A DNA stretch of 60,498 nucleotides. Source: Kiloniellales bacterium (lineage in GTDB: Bacteria; Pseudomonadota; Alphaproteobacteria; Kiloniellales; JAKSBE01). Position 1 is the first letter of the stretch. Each line of letters begins with the position of its first letter. The translations under genes and the position numbers were made by a program. Where the stretch lies: NCBI GenBank assembly GCA_022361275.1, contig JAKSBE010000301.1, positions 1 through 60,498 of the forward strand, read 5' to 3'. The notes beneath the pieces are model-generated. The model ran no database searches. It had not been told where the DNA came from and worked only from the letters and a program-made list of their open reading frames with translations. Shown here one piece after another: positions 1 to 8,607 of the stretch.

Positions 1-866
1 AGGCCCAGCAGGGCGTGCTCGTACTCCTGGAACACGGTCAGGAACTGCGGCAGCGCGGTCAGCAGAGCGGCGCCGATGATGCCGCCGAAGGTCGAGGCCA
101 TGCCGCCGAGCACGACCATGGAGACCAACCAGATGGAATGCATGAATCCGGCGCCGTCGGGGGTCACGAAACCGGTGTAGAAGGCGCTGATCGAGCCGGC
201 GACGCAGGCGTAGATCGCCGAGACCACGAAGGCGAAGAGCTTGTAGCTCGCGACGTCGATGCCGGCGACCTGGGCCGCCACCTCGCTGTCGTGGAGCGCG
301 CGCAGCGCCCGGCCCGAGGGGCTGTCGATCAGATTGAGCGCGAACCAGACGCCGATCAGCAGCGCCGCGCCGGTGATCCAGTACCAGGTCTGGGCGCCCG
401 AGAGCCGAACCCCGAAGAGCGTCAGGCGCGCCACCGGCATGCCGTCCGGGCCGCCGGTCCATTGCGATTCGTTGGTCACGAACATGAAGATCAGGATGCC
501 CATGCCGAGGGTCGCGACCGCCAGATAGTGTCCCTTGAGGCGCAGGATCGGCCGGCCGACCACGAAGGCCAGCAGGGCGACGAAGGCGATCCCGACCAGG
601 AAGGCCAGCCAGGAGGGGATACCGAGCTCGGCCGGCAGCACGGCCACCGCATAGGCGCCGATGCCGAAGAACCCGGCGTGGCCGAGGCTGATCTGCCCGG
701 CGTAGCCGATCAGCAGGTTCAGCCCGACCACGGCGATGGCGTTGATCCCGATCAGGATCGCCACGTCGAAGTAGAAGCGGTTGGGCAGGACCAACGGCAG
801 CAACGCGACGACCAGCGCCAGCACCAGCAGTCCGCCGCGCCGCGGATCCTTGAGCCGGGCTAGCAT
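1..866 (-). CDS. livM: LivM-type ABC transporter permease; 3' end runs off the window
   Basis: Not in the ORF track (no stop inside window). My minus-strand translation from ATG 866..864 gives MLARLKDPRRGGLLVLALVVALLPLVLPNRFYFDVAILIGINAIAVVGLNLLIGYAGQISLGHAGFFGI..., a typical LivM N-terminus and GQxSLGHAxF motif. Follows livH on the same strand. Confidence 0.8.
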   Translation of the reverse strand, partial: MLARLKDPRRGGLLVLALVVALLPLVLPNRFYFDVAILIGINAIAVVGLNLLIGYAGQISLGHAGFFGIGAYAVAVLPAELGIPSWLAFLVGIAFVALLAFVVGRPILRLKGHYLAVATLGMGILIFMFVTNESQWTGGPDGMPVARLTLFGVRLSGAQTWYWITGAALLIGVWFALNLIDSPSGRALRALHDSEVAAQVAGIDVASYKLFAFVVSAIYACVAGSISAFYTGFVTPDGAGFMHSIWLVSMVVLGGMASTFGGIIGAALLTALPQFLTVFQEYEHALLG

Positions 867-905
867 GCACGGCGCTCCGCCGCAGACAGCGGGCGCGCCG
901 AGAGA

Positions 906-955
906 TTACCCCCCACCCGCGCGAAGCGCCGCGCGTACGCGCGGGTGGGGGGTAA
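906..955. repeat. Perfect 17-bp inverted-repeat hairpin in the livH-livM gap
   Basis: TTACCCCCCACCCGCGC (906..922) pairs perfectly with GCGCGGGTGGGGGGTAA (939..955), with a 16-nt loop. Sits in the 132-bp gap between two genes of one operon. Confidence 0.7.
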
Positions 956-998
956 ATCTTCCCACAGACGCCCATACAGCAAGACTGCCTCCATCGGT

Positions 999-1871
999 CT
1001 AGACCCGCTCCGTCCCCGCCTTGCCGAAGAGGCCGCGGGGCAGGAAGAAGAGAACGGCGAGGATGATCACGAAGGCGACGGCGTCCTTGTACTCGGAGCT
1101 CACGTAGCCGGCGCCCAGGGCCTCGGCGAGTCCGACCAGCAGGCCGCCGACCACGGCGCCGATCGGGTTGCCCATGCCGCCCAGCATGGCCGCAGCGAAG
1201 CCCTTGAGCGCCAGCATGGTGCCGACGTCGTAGCTGGTCAGCGTGATCGGCGTGACCAGGATCCCGGCCACGGCGCCGATCGCCGCGGAGAGCGCGAAGC
1301 TGACCAGCAGGACGAAGCGGACGTCGATCCCGACCAACTGCGCGGCCAGGCGGTTGTGCGAAGTCGCCAGGATCGACTTGCCGAAAAGCGTCCGGTTGAA
1401 GAAGAGGTAGAGCAGCACGACGATCACCGCTGCCCCGCCCAGGACCCAGAGGCTCTGCGGGGTCAGGCTGGCACCCAGGACGGCGATCGGATCGTCGCCC
1501 GAGAAGGACGGCAGGCGGTGGAACTGCTTGTCGAAGATCACCTGGGCGATGCCGCGCAGGAAGATCGATGCGCCGATGGTGATGATGATCAGGGTGACCA
1601 CCGAGGCGTCCCGGGCCGGCTCGATCACCAGCTTGTTGAGCGCGACGCCGGTCAGGGACACGATCAGGATCGCCAGCAGGGCGGCCAGGGGCAAGGGCAC
1701 GCCGCCGGCCGCCAGGAAGACCGTCGACATCCCGCCCAGCATGACGAACTCGCCCTGGGCGAAGTTCACCACGTCCGAGGCGTTGTAGATGATGGTGAAG
1801 CCCAGCGCGACCATGGCGTAGACCGCGCCGACGGTGATTCCGGAAAAGGCGAACTGCAGGAACTCGGACAT
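999..1871 (-). CDS. livH: LivH-type ABC transporter permease
   Basis: 290-aa ORF starting MSEFLQFAFSGITVGAVYAMVALGFTIIYNASDVVNFAQGEFVMLG, a classic branched-chain amino acid permease N-terminus; multiple hydrophobic segments. Confidence 0.88.
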   Translation of the reverse strand: MSEFLQFAFSGITVGAVYAMVALGFTIIYNASDVVNFAQGEFVMLGGMSTVFLAAGGVPLPLAALLAILIVSLTGVALNKLVIEPARDASVVTLIIITIGASIFLRGIAQVIFDKQFHRLPSFSGDDPIAVLGASLTPQSLWVLGGAAVIVVLLYLFFNRTLFGKSILATSHNRLAAQLVGIDVRFVLLVSFALSAAIGAVAGILVTPITLTSYDVGTMLALKGFAAAMLGGMGNPIGAVVGGLLVGLAEALGAGYVSSEYKDAVAFVIILAVLFFLPRGLFGKAGTERV

Positions 1872-1919
1872 CTAATCGGTGATCCGCCTGAGGGTTGGGA
1901 AGCCGCCCTGCCCCTCCGC

Positions 1920-1998
1920 GCTGTCACTGTCGGGCTCGATCCGGCAATCCATCGTGCCGCTGCGCCGTGAACGCCCGGATCACGTCCGGACATGACAG
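1920..1998 (+). repeat. Mosaic REP-like intergenic element, copy A
   Basis: GCTGTCACTGTCGG...GATCCGGCAATCC followed by GCCCGGATCACGTCCGGACATGACAG. It has the same two-module layout and orientation as 29895..30008. The second module is a hairpin shared with 6701..6727 and, inverted, 8497..8530. Confidence 0.75.
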
Positions 1999-2072
1999 CC
2001 GGGAGGGTGAGGATGGCGGAAGGGCCGGCAGGTCCGTCCAGGTGAGAACGCCGGCCCCCGCCGTCCGCGACG

Positions 2073-3230
2073 CTACTCCACCAGGGCCCAGTCGCCGTTA
2101 CGGATCTCGAGCATGCGGAAGGCGCTGAGGTCGAGCCCCAGATGATCCTCCGCCGACATGTTGACCAGGCCGGCCGTGCCCATGAAGCCCTTGGTCTCGC
2201 GAAGCGCGTCGCGTACCGCCTTGCCGTCGGTGGAGCCGGCGCGCTCCATCGCCTCGACCAGCAGGAGGAGCCCGTCGTAGGCGTGGCCGCCGAAGGTCGA
2301 GACCGGCTGGTTCCACTCGGCCTCGAAGGCGGCCTTGTAGTCGGACACCACCTTCTTCTGCGGATCGCCGTCCGGCAGCTTGTCCGCGACCAGAAGGGCC
2401 GCGGCCGGCAGGCGCACGCCCTCGGCCGCCGCGCCGGCCAGCTTGATGAAGGACTTCGAGGCGACGCCGTGGCTCTGGTAGAGCGGCACCGAGATACCGA
2501 GCTGGGCATAGTTGCGGGTCACGATCGCCGGTCCCTGGCCGAAGCCGGGATTGACCACGGCCTGCAGGCCCGCCGTGTTCTTGATGTTGGTCAGCTGCGG
2601 GGTCGTGTCGCTGTCCTTGGGACCGTAGGTCTCGTCGGCGATGACCTCGATGCCGTAGCTGCCGGCCACGTCCAGGCACTGGCCGCGCATCGACTTGCCG
2701 AAGCCGCCGGTACCCGAGATCATGCCGATCTTGCTGATGCCCCTGGCCTTCATGTCCTCGAAGATCTTCTCGCAGGCCATGCGGTCGCTGTGCGGGGTCT
2801 TGAAGACGAAGTCCTTGACCGGGTCGGTGATGACCACCGCGCCGCCGAGCGAGATGAAGGGGATCTCGGCCTCTTCGAAGAGCGGCACCATGGCCATGGT
2901 GGTGCCGGTGGTCGAGCCGCCGACCATGGCGACGACCTCGTCCTCCTCGATCAGGCGGGTGGCGAAGGTCCGGGCCTTCTTGGCGTCGCCGCCGTCGTCG
3001 TAGATCACCAGCTCGAGCTTCTCGCCGAGCACGCCGCCCGCGGCGTTGATCTTGTCGACGTACATCTTCAGCGTCTTCTCCTCGGGATCTCCGAGGAAGG
3101 ACGCCGGGCCGGTCACCGACAGCACCGAGCCGATCTTGATCTCGGCCCAGGCCGTACCCGGGCCGCCCGCCGTCACGGCCAGAGCCGCCACGGCGGCGAT
3201 CAGGGCCATCAAGCTGCGTTTTGCGGACAT
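2073..3230 (-). CDS. LivK/LivJ-type periplasmic substrate-binding protein of an ABC transporter
   Basis: Track ORF trimmed to ATG 3230..3228, with a GGAGGGA Shine-Dalgarno upstream. Signal peptide MSAKRSLMALIAAVAALAVTAGGPGTAWA, then EIKIGSVLSVTGPASFLGDPEEKTLKMYVDKINAAGGVLG, typical of the Leu/Ile/Val-binding family. Confidence 0.85.
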   Translation of the reverse strand: MSAKRSLMALIAAVAALAVTAGGPGTAWAEIKIGSVLSVTGPASFLGDPEEKTLKMYVDKINAAGGVLGEKLELVIYDDGGDAKKARTFATRLIEEDEVVAMVGGSTTGTTMAMVPLFEEAEIPFISLGGAVVITDPVKDFVFKTPHSDRMACEKIFEDMKARGISKIGMISGTGGFGKSMRGQCLDVAGSYGIEVIADETYGPKDSDTTPQLTNIKNTAGLQAVVNPGFGQGPAIVTRNYAQLGISVPLYQSHGVASKSFIKLAGAAAEGVRLPAAALLVADKLPDGDPQKKVVSDYKAAFEAEWNQPVSTFGGHAYDGLLLLVEAMERAGSTDGKAVRDALRETKGFMGTAGLVNMSAEDHLGLDLSAFRMLEIRNGDWALVE

Positions 3231-3310
3231 TCGCTCCCTCCGTGTTTTGCCTCTCGCGGTCATGGCTGCCGCGTTTGCCTCGTCCAGCCCGGAGTCCATG
3301 CCGGGCCCCT

Positions 3311-3925
3311 TCAGTCCCCCTCGCCCGCCTTGGTGTCGATCAAGGGCAAAAGGTCGCTCGCGTCGAAACGCGGGCGGTTCGCTTCCGGCTTCTCCAGCGG
3401 TCGCGCTTCTTTCAAACCGGTCAAACAACGCTGGGCAATGATCTGATATTCGCGGGTTCCGCGCGCCTTCCAATCGATCTCCTCGGCGCTCAACTCGCGG
3501 ACGATCTTGGCCGGAACCCCGGCGACCAGGTGGCGCGGCGGAACCTCGAAACCGGCCTTCACGAAGGCCAGGGCACCGACGAAGCTGTCCTCGCCGATCA
3601 CCGCGCCGTCCATCACCACCGCGTTCATCCCGACCATGGCGTTGCGCTTGACCGTGCAGCCGTGCAGCACGGCGCCATGGGCGACGTGGCCGTCGGCCTC
3701 GATCACGCTGTCGCGCCCGGGAAAGCAGTGCACGACGCAGTTGTCCTGCAGGTTCGACCCGTCCTCCATCACCAGGCGGCCGATGTCGCCGCGCAGCACC
3801 GCCCCCGGCCCGACGTAACAGCCGCGCCCGATGATGACGTCGCCGATCAGCACCGCCGTCGCATGGACGAAGCTGCTGGGATCGACCGCCGGGGTCAGGC
3901 CGTCGAGGGCGTAGACGCGGGCCAC
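3311..3925 (-). CDS. paaY: Hexapeptide-repeat (gamma-carbonic-anhydrase-like) protein, PaaY-type
   Basis: VARVYALDGLTPAVDPSSFVHATAVLIGDVIIGRGCYVGPGAVLRGD... shows the left-handed beta-helix repeat pattern. Start set to GTG 3925..3923, 8 nt after a GGGAGA SD and 16 nt after the paaN stop. Sits in paa context. Confidence 0.75.
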   Translation of the reverse strand: MARVYALDGLTPAVDPSSFVHATAVLIGDVIIGRGCYVGPGAVLRGDIGRLVMEDGSNLQDNCVVHCFPGRDSVIEADGHVAHGAVLHGCTVKRNAMVGMNAVVMDGAVIGEDSFVGALAFVKAGFEVPPRHLVAGVPAKIVRELSAEEIDWKARGTREYQIIAQRCLTGLKEARPLEKPEANRPRFDASDLLPLIDTKAGEGD

Positions 3926-3941
3926 GGAACCGTCTCCCGCG

Positions 3942-5615
3942 TCAGGCCGCGTGCGGCCGCCGCTGCGCCACCACCCGGAAGCGGTTGGCGACGAAGGCGG
4001 CATCGGTCAGGCAGGCGTTGCCCGCCGGGTTGGCGCCGCTGACGTGGTAGTCGCTGAAGGCCGCCGACTGGTTGACGAAGACGCCGCCGGTCAGGTTGCA
4101 GGACAGGGACACGCCGGCGTTGCCGAAGGCCTCCGCCGCCTCGTCGAGCACGGCGTCGTCGGTCGAATAGGCGGCCGCGGTGATCGCGCCCTTCTCGGAC
4201 GCAAGGCCCGCCGCCTCGGCGATGGACTGTGCCGTGTCCTTCGTGGCGATGACGAAGGCGACCGGGCCGAAGCATTCCTGGGCAAAGGCGCCGCCCTGCG
4301 CCGCATCGGCCTTGATCAGGGCCGGACTCAGGGTCCGGGCCTCGGCGAACCCGGGCACTTCCGCGGCCTGCGGCGCCCGGATCAGGGCCGGCCCGGCCTC
4401 GGCCGCGAGCGTCTGCGCCCGCTCCAGGGTCGCCGGGTTCTGGACCGCACCCAGCACCCCGGCCGCCCGCTCCGGGTCGCCGAGCAGCTTGTCGACCGCG
4501 GTGGCCAGGCCCTGGGCGACCTCGTCGAAGGACTTGTGGCCGTCCTCGGTCTCGATGCCGCCCTCGGGCACGTAGAGGTTCTGCGGCGCCGTGCACATCT
4601 GGCCGGAATAGAGGCTGAGCGAGAAGGCGAGGTTCTGGCAGAGGCCCTTGAAGTTGTCGGTGGAGTCGATGACCACCGAGTTGACCCCGGCCTGCTCGGT
4701 GTAGACCTGAGCCCCCCCGGCGTTGGCCTTGACCCAGTCGCCGAAGGCCGGGCCGCCGGTGAAGTCGATGATCGCGACCGCCGGATGGGTCGCCAGTTCC
4801 TTGGTGACCGGCGCCTCGGCGCTGTCTGCGGCCAGCAGCGCGACGTTGGGGTCGAAGCCCGCCTCTTCAAGCACTTCGCGGGCAATCTTCACGGTGATTG
4901 CCAGAGGCAGGATGGCGCCGGGATGGGGCTTGACGACGACCGTGTTGCCGGTCGCCAGGCTGGCGAAGAGCCCGGGATAGCCGTTCCAGGTCGGGAAGGT
5001 CGAGCAGCCGATCACCAGGCCGATGCCGCGCGGCAGGATCCGGTAGCTCTTGTCCAGGCGCAGGGGATCGTGCTTGCCCTGGGGTTTCTCCCAGAGCACG
5101 GCGCGCGGCACCCGCGCCATCTCCTGGTAGGCGTAGGCCACCGCCTCGAGACCCCGGTCCTGGGCGTGCGCACCGCCGGCCTGGAAGGCCATGACGAAGG
5201 CCTGGCCTGTTGTGTGCATCACCGCGTGAGCCAACTCGAAGCTGCGCTGGTTCACCCTCTGCAGGATCTCCAGGCAGACCCCGGCGCGGTCTTCGGGCGT
5301 CGCCGAGGACCAGCCCGCCGCCGCGCCCCGCGAAGCGGAGACGAGGTCTTCGACCGACGCCTTGGGATAGGTGATGCCGAGGTCGAAACCGTAGGGCGAG
5401 CGTTCCGCGCCGACCCGTGAATCGGCGCCCGGCTGGTCCAGTTCGAAGGGCCGGTCGAGCAACGCCTTGAAAGCCGCCTCCCCGTCTTGCGGCGCGGTTT
5501 CGCCGTAGACCCGCTTGCTGGGCGATTCGGGATAGGCGCTCCAGTAACCGCGCTTCCCGATCGCCTCGAGCGCCTGCTCGAGCAGACCGCGGTGCGCCTC
5601 GTAGAATGTGCTCAT
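3942..5615 (-). CDS. paaN: Stand-alone ring-opening aldehyde dehydrogenase, PaaN-type
   Basis: Track ORF (695 aa) trimmed to ATG 5615..5613 with a GAGGGAGA SD. MSTFYEAHRGLLEQALEAIGKRGYWSAYPESPSKRVYGE... plus the ALDH core (GCSTFPTWNGYPGLFASLATGNTVVVKPHP, SGQMCTAPQ). The long N-terminal extension in the track is R/S/A-rich junk. Confidence 0.8.
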   Translation of the reverse strand: MSTFYEAHRGLLEQALEAIGKRGYWSAYPESPSKRVYGETAPQDGEAAFKALLDRPFELDQPGADSRVGAERSPYGFDLGITYPKASVEDLVSASRGAAAGWSSATPEDRAGVCLEILQRVNQRSFELAHAVMHTTGQAFVMAFQAGGAHAQDRGLEAVAYAYQEMARVPRAVLWEKPQGKHDPLRLDKSYRILPRGIGLVIGCSTFPTWNGYPGLFASLATGNTVVVKPHPGAILPLAITVKIAREVLEEAGFDPNVALLAADSAEAPVTKELATHPAVAIIDFTGGPAFGDWVKANAGGAQVYTEQAGVNSVVIDSTDNFKGLCQNLAFSLSLYSGQMCTAPQNLYVPEGGIETEDGHKSFDEVAQGLATAVDKLLGDPERAAGVLGAVQNPATLERAQTLAAEAGPALIRAPQAAEVPGFAEARTLSPALIKADAAQGGAFAQECFGPVAFVIATKDTAQSIAEAAGLASEKGAITAAAYSTDDAVLDEAAEAFGNAGVSLSCNLTGGVFVNQSAAFSDYHVSGANPAGNACLTDAAFVANRFRVVAQRRPHAA

Positions 5616-5632
5616 GGCTCTCCCTCGATAAC

Positions 5633-5675
5633 GGCCCGCCGCGGCCCCATCCGATGCCGCGGGCGGCGTTTTTTT
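5633..5675 (+). terminator. Terminator-like GC hairpin plus T7 run that does not follow any plus-strand gene
   Basis: GGCCCGCCGCGG...CCGCGGGCGGC (imperfect stem around two CCGCGG cores) followed by TTTTTTT at 5669..5675. On the minus strand it lies in the paaN 5' leader, just upstream of the SD. Confidence 0.3.
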
Positions 5676-5681
5676 GGCCGA

Positions 5682-5710
5682 TTGACAGCTCCCGCTTGCC
5701 CGAGAATAAT
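5682..5710 (+). promoter_or_regulatory. Sigma-70-like promoter candidate for paaG operon
   Basis: TTGACA (5682..5687), 17-nt spacer, AATAAT (5705..5710); about 100 nt upstream of paaG. Confidence 0.45.
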
Positions 5711-5734
5711 TAACCGACCGGTCGGTCATTTCAA
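5706..5734 (-). promoter_or_regulatory. Sigma-70-like promoter candidate for paaN operon
   Basis: The minus strand reads TTGAAA (5734..5729), 17-nt spacer TGACCGACCGGTCGGTT, AATTAT (5711..5706). The spacer is the palindrome itself. Confidence 0.4.
5713..5726. promoter_or_regulatory. Perfect 14-bp palindrome, candidate TetR-type (PaaR-like) operator
   Basis: ACCGACCGGTCGGT is its own reverse complement. It is the only copy seen in the window, located in the paaN/paaG divergent gap and embedded in an AT-rich patch (AATAATTA...CATTTCAA). Confidence 0.55.
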
Positions 5735-5808
5735 GAGCTTTGTCACGCGATCGCGCCTGTGAAGCGACCAAAGCGTGACATGAGCGATGGGAGGCGTGTG
5801 GAGGTTCG

Positions 5809-6600
5809 GTGTCGATGACGAAGGAATCGAGCGTTCTCAGCGAGATCGGCGGCGGCGTCGCCGTCGTCACCCTCAACCGCCCGGACAAGCTGAACGCCTT
5901 CAACGAGGAGATGCACCTGGCGCTGCGCGCCGTGCTGGAGCGCGCCGAGGCCGACTCGAGCGTCCGCGCCCTGCTCCTGACCGGGGCCGGGCGCGGCTTC
6001 TGCGCCGGCCAGGACCTGGGCGACCGCAACGTCTCCGGCGACGTCGACCTCGGCCATACGTTAGAAAATTTTTACAACCCCTTGATTCGCAAGCTCCGCG
6101 CCCTGCCCTTGCCGGTGGTCTGCGCGGTCAACGGCGTGGCCGCCGGCGCCGGGGCCAATATCGCGCTGGCCTGCGACATCGTCCTGGCCGCGCGGTCGGC
6201 CAAGTTCGTCCAGGCCTTCTGCCGCCTGGGCCTGGTTCCGGACAGCGGCGGGACCTACAGCCTGCCCCGCCTGGTCGGCGAAGCCCGGGCCAAGGGCCTG
6301 GCGCTGCTCGGCGAGCCATTGACCGCCGAACGGGCCGAGGCCTGGGGCCTGATCTGGCGCGCCGTCGACGACGAGGCCCTGATGGAGGAGGCACGCAAGC
6401 TGGCGACCCACCTGGCGACCCAGCCGACCGCCGGCCTGGCCAAGAGCAAGCAGGCGATCCAGGCCTCGCTGGACAACGACCTCGACGCGCAGCTCGACCT
6501 CGAGCGCGACCTGCAGCGCGAGGCCGGCCGCAGCGCCGACTACCGCGAGGGCGTGGCCGCGTTCATGGAGAAGCGCGCGGCGGTGTTCCAGGGACGGTGA
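5809..6600 (+). CDS. paaG: Enoyl-CoA hydratase/isomerase family, PaaG-type
   Basis: 263 aa. VAVVTLNRPDKLNAFNEEMHLALRAVLERAE...LLLTGAGRGFCAGQDL...GGTYSLPRLVGEARA shows crotonase-fold motifs. GTG 5809 or ATG 5815 start. Confidence 0.78.
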   Translation: MSMTKESSVLSEIGGGVAVVTLNRPDKLNAFNEEMHLALRAVLERAEADSSVRALLLTGAGRGFCAGQDLGDRNVSGDVDLGHTLENFYNPLIRKLRALPLPVVCAVNGVAAGAGANIALACDIVLAARSAKFVQAFCRLGLVPDSGGTYSLPRLVGEARAKGLALLGEPLTAERAEAWGLIWRAVDDEALMEEARKLATHLATQPTAGLAKSKQAIQASLDNDLDAQLDLERDLQREAGRSADYREGVAAFMEKRAAVFQGR

Positions 6601-6638
6601 AGGTGTCGCTCGCAATGCACCGATCTTCCGCCCATTCC

Positions 6639-6727
6639 TCTGCCATCCCCGGGGCGCTTACGCGCGACCCGGGGGCCCATCGAGCCGTCGGCACCATGGA
6701 TGCCCGGATCAAGTCCGGGCATGACAG
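6639..6727. repeat. Mosaic REP-like element, copy B (two hairpin modules) inside the paaG-paaI gap
   Basis: TGCCATCCCCGGGGCGCTTACGCGCGACCCGGGGG (degenerate hairpin), then TGCCCGGATCAAGTCCGGGCATGACAG (6701..6727), near-identical to 29982..30008. Confidence 0.75.
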
Positions 6728-6775
6728 CGAGGAAGAGTGTTCCAGCGGAGCAACGTTTCTCCAGAGAGGGCTCAC

Positions 6776-7222
6776 ATGACCGTCACCCCCGACGAGCTCG
6801 CCCGCCGCTGCGCCGAGGCCATGTGGCGGGACGACCGCGCCTCCCAGGCGTTGGGCATGAGCCTGGACGCCGTCGGGCCGGGGACCGCGACGCTGTCCAT
6901 GACCGTCACCGAGACCATGATCAACGGCCACGAGATCTGCCACGGCGGGCTGATCTTCACCCTGGCCGATTCCGCCTTCGCCTTCGCCTGCAACGCCTAC
7001 AACAAGGTGACCGTGGCGCAGCACTGCAGCGTCACCTTCCTGGCGCCGGCGAAGCTGGGCGACCGCCTCACCGCCCGCGCCGAGGAGCGCGCGCTCAACG
7101 GACGCAGCGGCATCTACGACATCCGGGTCGAGAACCAGGACGGCAAGCCGATCGCCGAGTTCCGCGGCCATTCGCGGACGATCAAGGGGCACCTGGTCCC
7201 GGAACCGGCAGAAGCAGAATGA
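6776..7222 (+). CDS. paaI: Hotdog-fold hydroxyphenylacetyl-CoA thioesterase, PaaI-type
   Basis: Trimmed to ATG 6776. MTVTPDELARRCAEAMWRDDRASQALGMSL...NGHEICHGGLIFTLADSAFAFACN fits the PaaI/4HBT pattern. Confidence 0.8.
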   Translation: MTVTPDELARRCAEAMWRDDRASQALGMSLDAVGPGTATLSMTVTETMINGHEICHGGLIFTLADSAFAFACNAYNKVTVAQHCSVTFLAPAKLGDRLTARAEERALNGRSGIYDIRVENQDGKPIAEFRGHSRTIKGHLVPEPAEAE

Positions 7223-7244
7223 AGCAGAACAAGGAGACGACCTG

Positions 7245-8447
7245 ATGCGCGAGGCCTACATCTGCGCCGGCGTGCGCACGCCGATCGGCCGCTACGGCGG
7301 CGCCCTGGCCCCGGTCCGCCCGGACGACCTGGCCGGATTCGCCATCAAGTCGCTGATGGAGACGCTGCCGGGCCTGCCCGGCGAGGCGGTGGACGAGGTG
7401 CTGCTGGGCTGCGCCAACCAGGCCGGCGAAGACAACCGCAACGTCGCCCGCATGGCTGGCCTCCTGGCCGGCCTGCCGGAAAGCGTGCCGGGGGCGACCT
7501 TCAACCGGCTCTGCGGCTCCGGCCTCGACGCGGTCGGCAGCGCCGCGCGGGCGATCAAGTGCGGCGAGGCCGAGGTCGTGATCGCCGGCGGCGTCGAGTC
7601 GATGAGCCGCGCGCCCTTCGTGATGGGCAAGGCCGAGACCGCCTTCTCCCGCCAGGCCGAGATCTTCGACACCACCATCGGCTGGCGCTTCGTCAACACG
7701 ACGATCAAGGCCCGCTACGGCATCGATTCCATGCCCGAGACGGCCGAGAACGTCGCCGAGGCGTTCCAGATCGCCCGCGAGGACCAGGACGCCTTCGCCC
7801 TGCGCTCCCAGGAGCGGGCCGCGGCGGCCCAGGAGAACGGCCGCCTGGCCAGGGAGATCGTCCCGGTCTCGATCCCGCAGCGCCGCGGCGACCCGCTCCT
7901 GGTCGCGCGCGACGAGCATCCCCGGGCGACCAGCCTGGAGAAGCTGGCGGCGCTGAAGGCGCCCTTCCGCGAGGGCGGCTCGGTGACCGCCGGCAACGCC
8001 TCCGGGGTCAACGACGGCGCCGCGGCCCTGCTGATCGCCTCGCCCGAGGCGGCCGAGAGGCACGGCCTCGATCCCATCGCCAGGGTCACGGCCATGGCCA
8101 CCGCCGGGGTGCCGCCGCGGATCATGGGCATGGGCCCGGCGCCGGCGACCGAGAAGCTGCTCGACCGGGCCGGGGTCAGGCTCCAGGAGATAGACGTGAT
8201 CGAGCTCAACGAGGCCTTCGCGTCCCAGGCTCTGGGCGTGCTGCGCCAGCTCGGGCTGCCCGACGACGCCGCGCACGTGAACCCCAACGGCGGCGCCATC
8301 GCGCTCGGCCATCCCCTGGGCATGAGCGGCGCCCGACTGGCCCTGACCGCGGCGCTGGAGCTGAAGGAGCGCGGCGCCCGGCGCGCCCTCTGCACCATGT
8401 GCATCGGCGTCGGCCAGGGCATCGCAGTCCTGCTGGAGCGGGCGTGA
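7245..8447 (+). CDS. paaJ: 3-oxoadipyl-CoA / 3-oxo-5,6-dehydrosuberyl-CoA thiolase
   Basis: 400 aa. MREAYICAGVRTPIGRYGGAL..., NRLCGSGLDAV active-site Cys region, C-terminal NPNGGAIALGHPLGMSGARL and CIGVGQG thiolase signatures. Confidence 0.85.
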   Translation: MREAYICAGVRTPIGRYGGALAPVRPDDLAGFAIKSLMETLPGLPGEAVDEVLLGCANQAGEDNRNVARMAGLLAGLPESVPGATFNRLCGSGLDAVGSAARAIKCGEAEVVIAGGVESMSRAPFVMGKAETAFSRQAEIFDTTIGWRFVNTTIKARYGIDSMPETAENVAEAFQIAREDQDAFALRSQERAAAAQENGRLAREIVPVSIPQRRGDPLLVARDEHPRATSLEKLAALKAPFREGGSVTAGNASGVNDGAAALLIASPEAAERHGLDPIARVTAMATAGVPPRIMGMGPAPATEKLLDRAGVRLQEIDVIELNEAFASQALGVLRQLGLPDDAAHVNPNGGAIALGHPLGMSGARLALTAALELKERGARRALCTMCIGVGQGIAVLLERA

Positions 8448-8496
8448 GGCGTGCCTCGGGCTTTCGGACATTGCGCCGACGCCTCGGCTCCACTCG

Positions 8497-8530
8497 CTGT
8501 CATCCCCGGGCTTGATCCGGGGATGACATG
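8497..8530. repeat. REP-like hairpin, copy C (inverted orientation) in the paaJ-paaK gap
   Basis: CTGTCATCCCCGGGCTTGATCCGGGGATGACATG. TGTCATCCCCGG and CCGGGGATGACA form a perfect 12-bp stem. Related to the second module of copies A, B and D. Confidence 0.8.
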
Positions 8531-8607
8531 AGCGTGGGGACCACCTGCAACGATACCGCAACCAGAAAAGAAGCCTCCGTCCACATCGGAGGACGAGGGA
8601 GAGCGCC

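Noticed and set aside
3942-6029. Full-length track ORFs with long N-terminal extensions, for example the 695-aa version of paaN, the 466-aa binding protein, 468-aa ackA, 477-aa cyclase and 488-aa TRAP-like protein.
   Set aside because: The extensions are low-complexity R/S/A/P sequence and overlap neighbouring genes or intergenic repeats. Internal start codons preceded by good Shine-Dalgarno sequences give proteins that begin with the canonical family N-terminus or a signal peptide.
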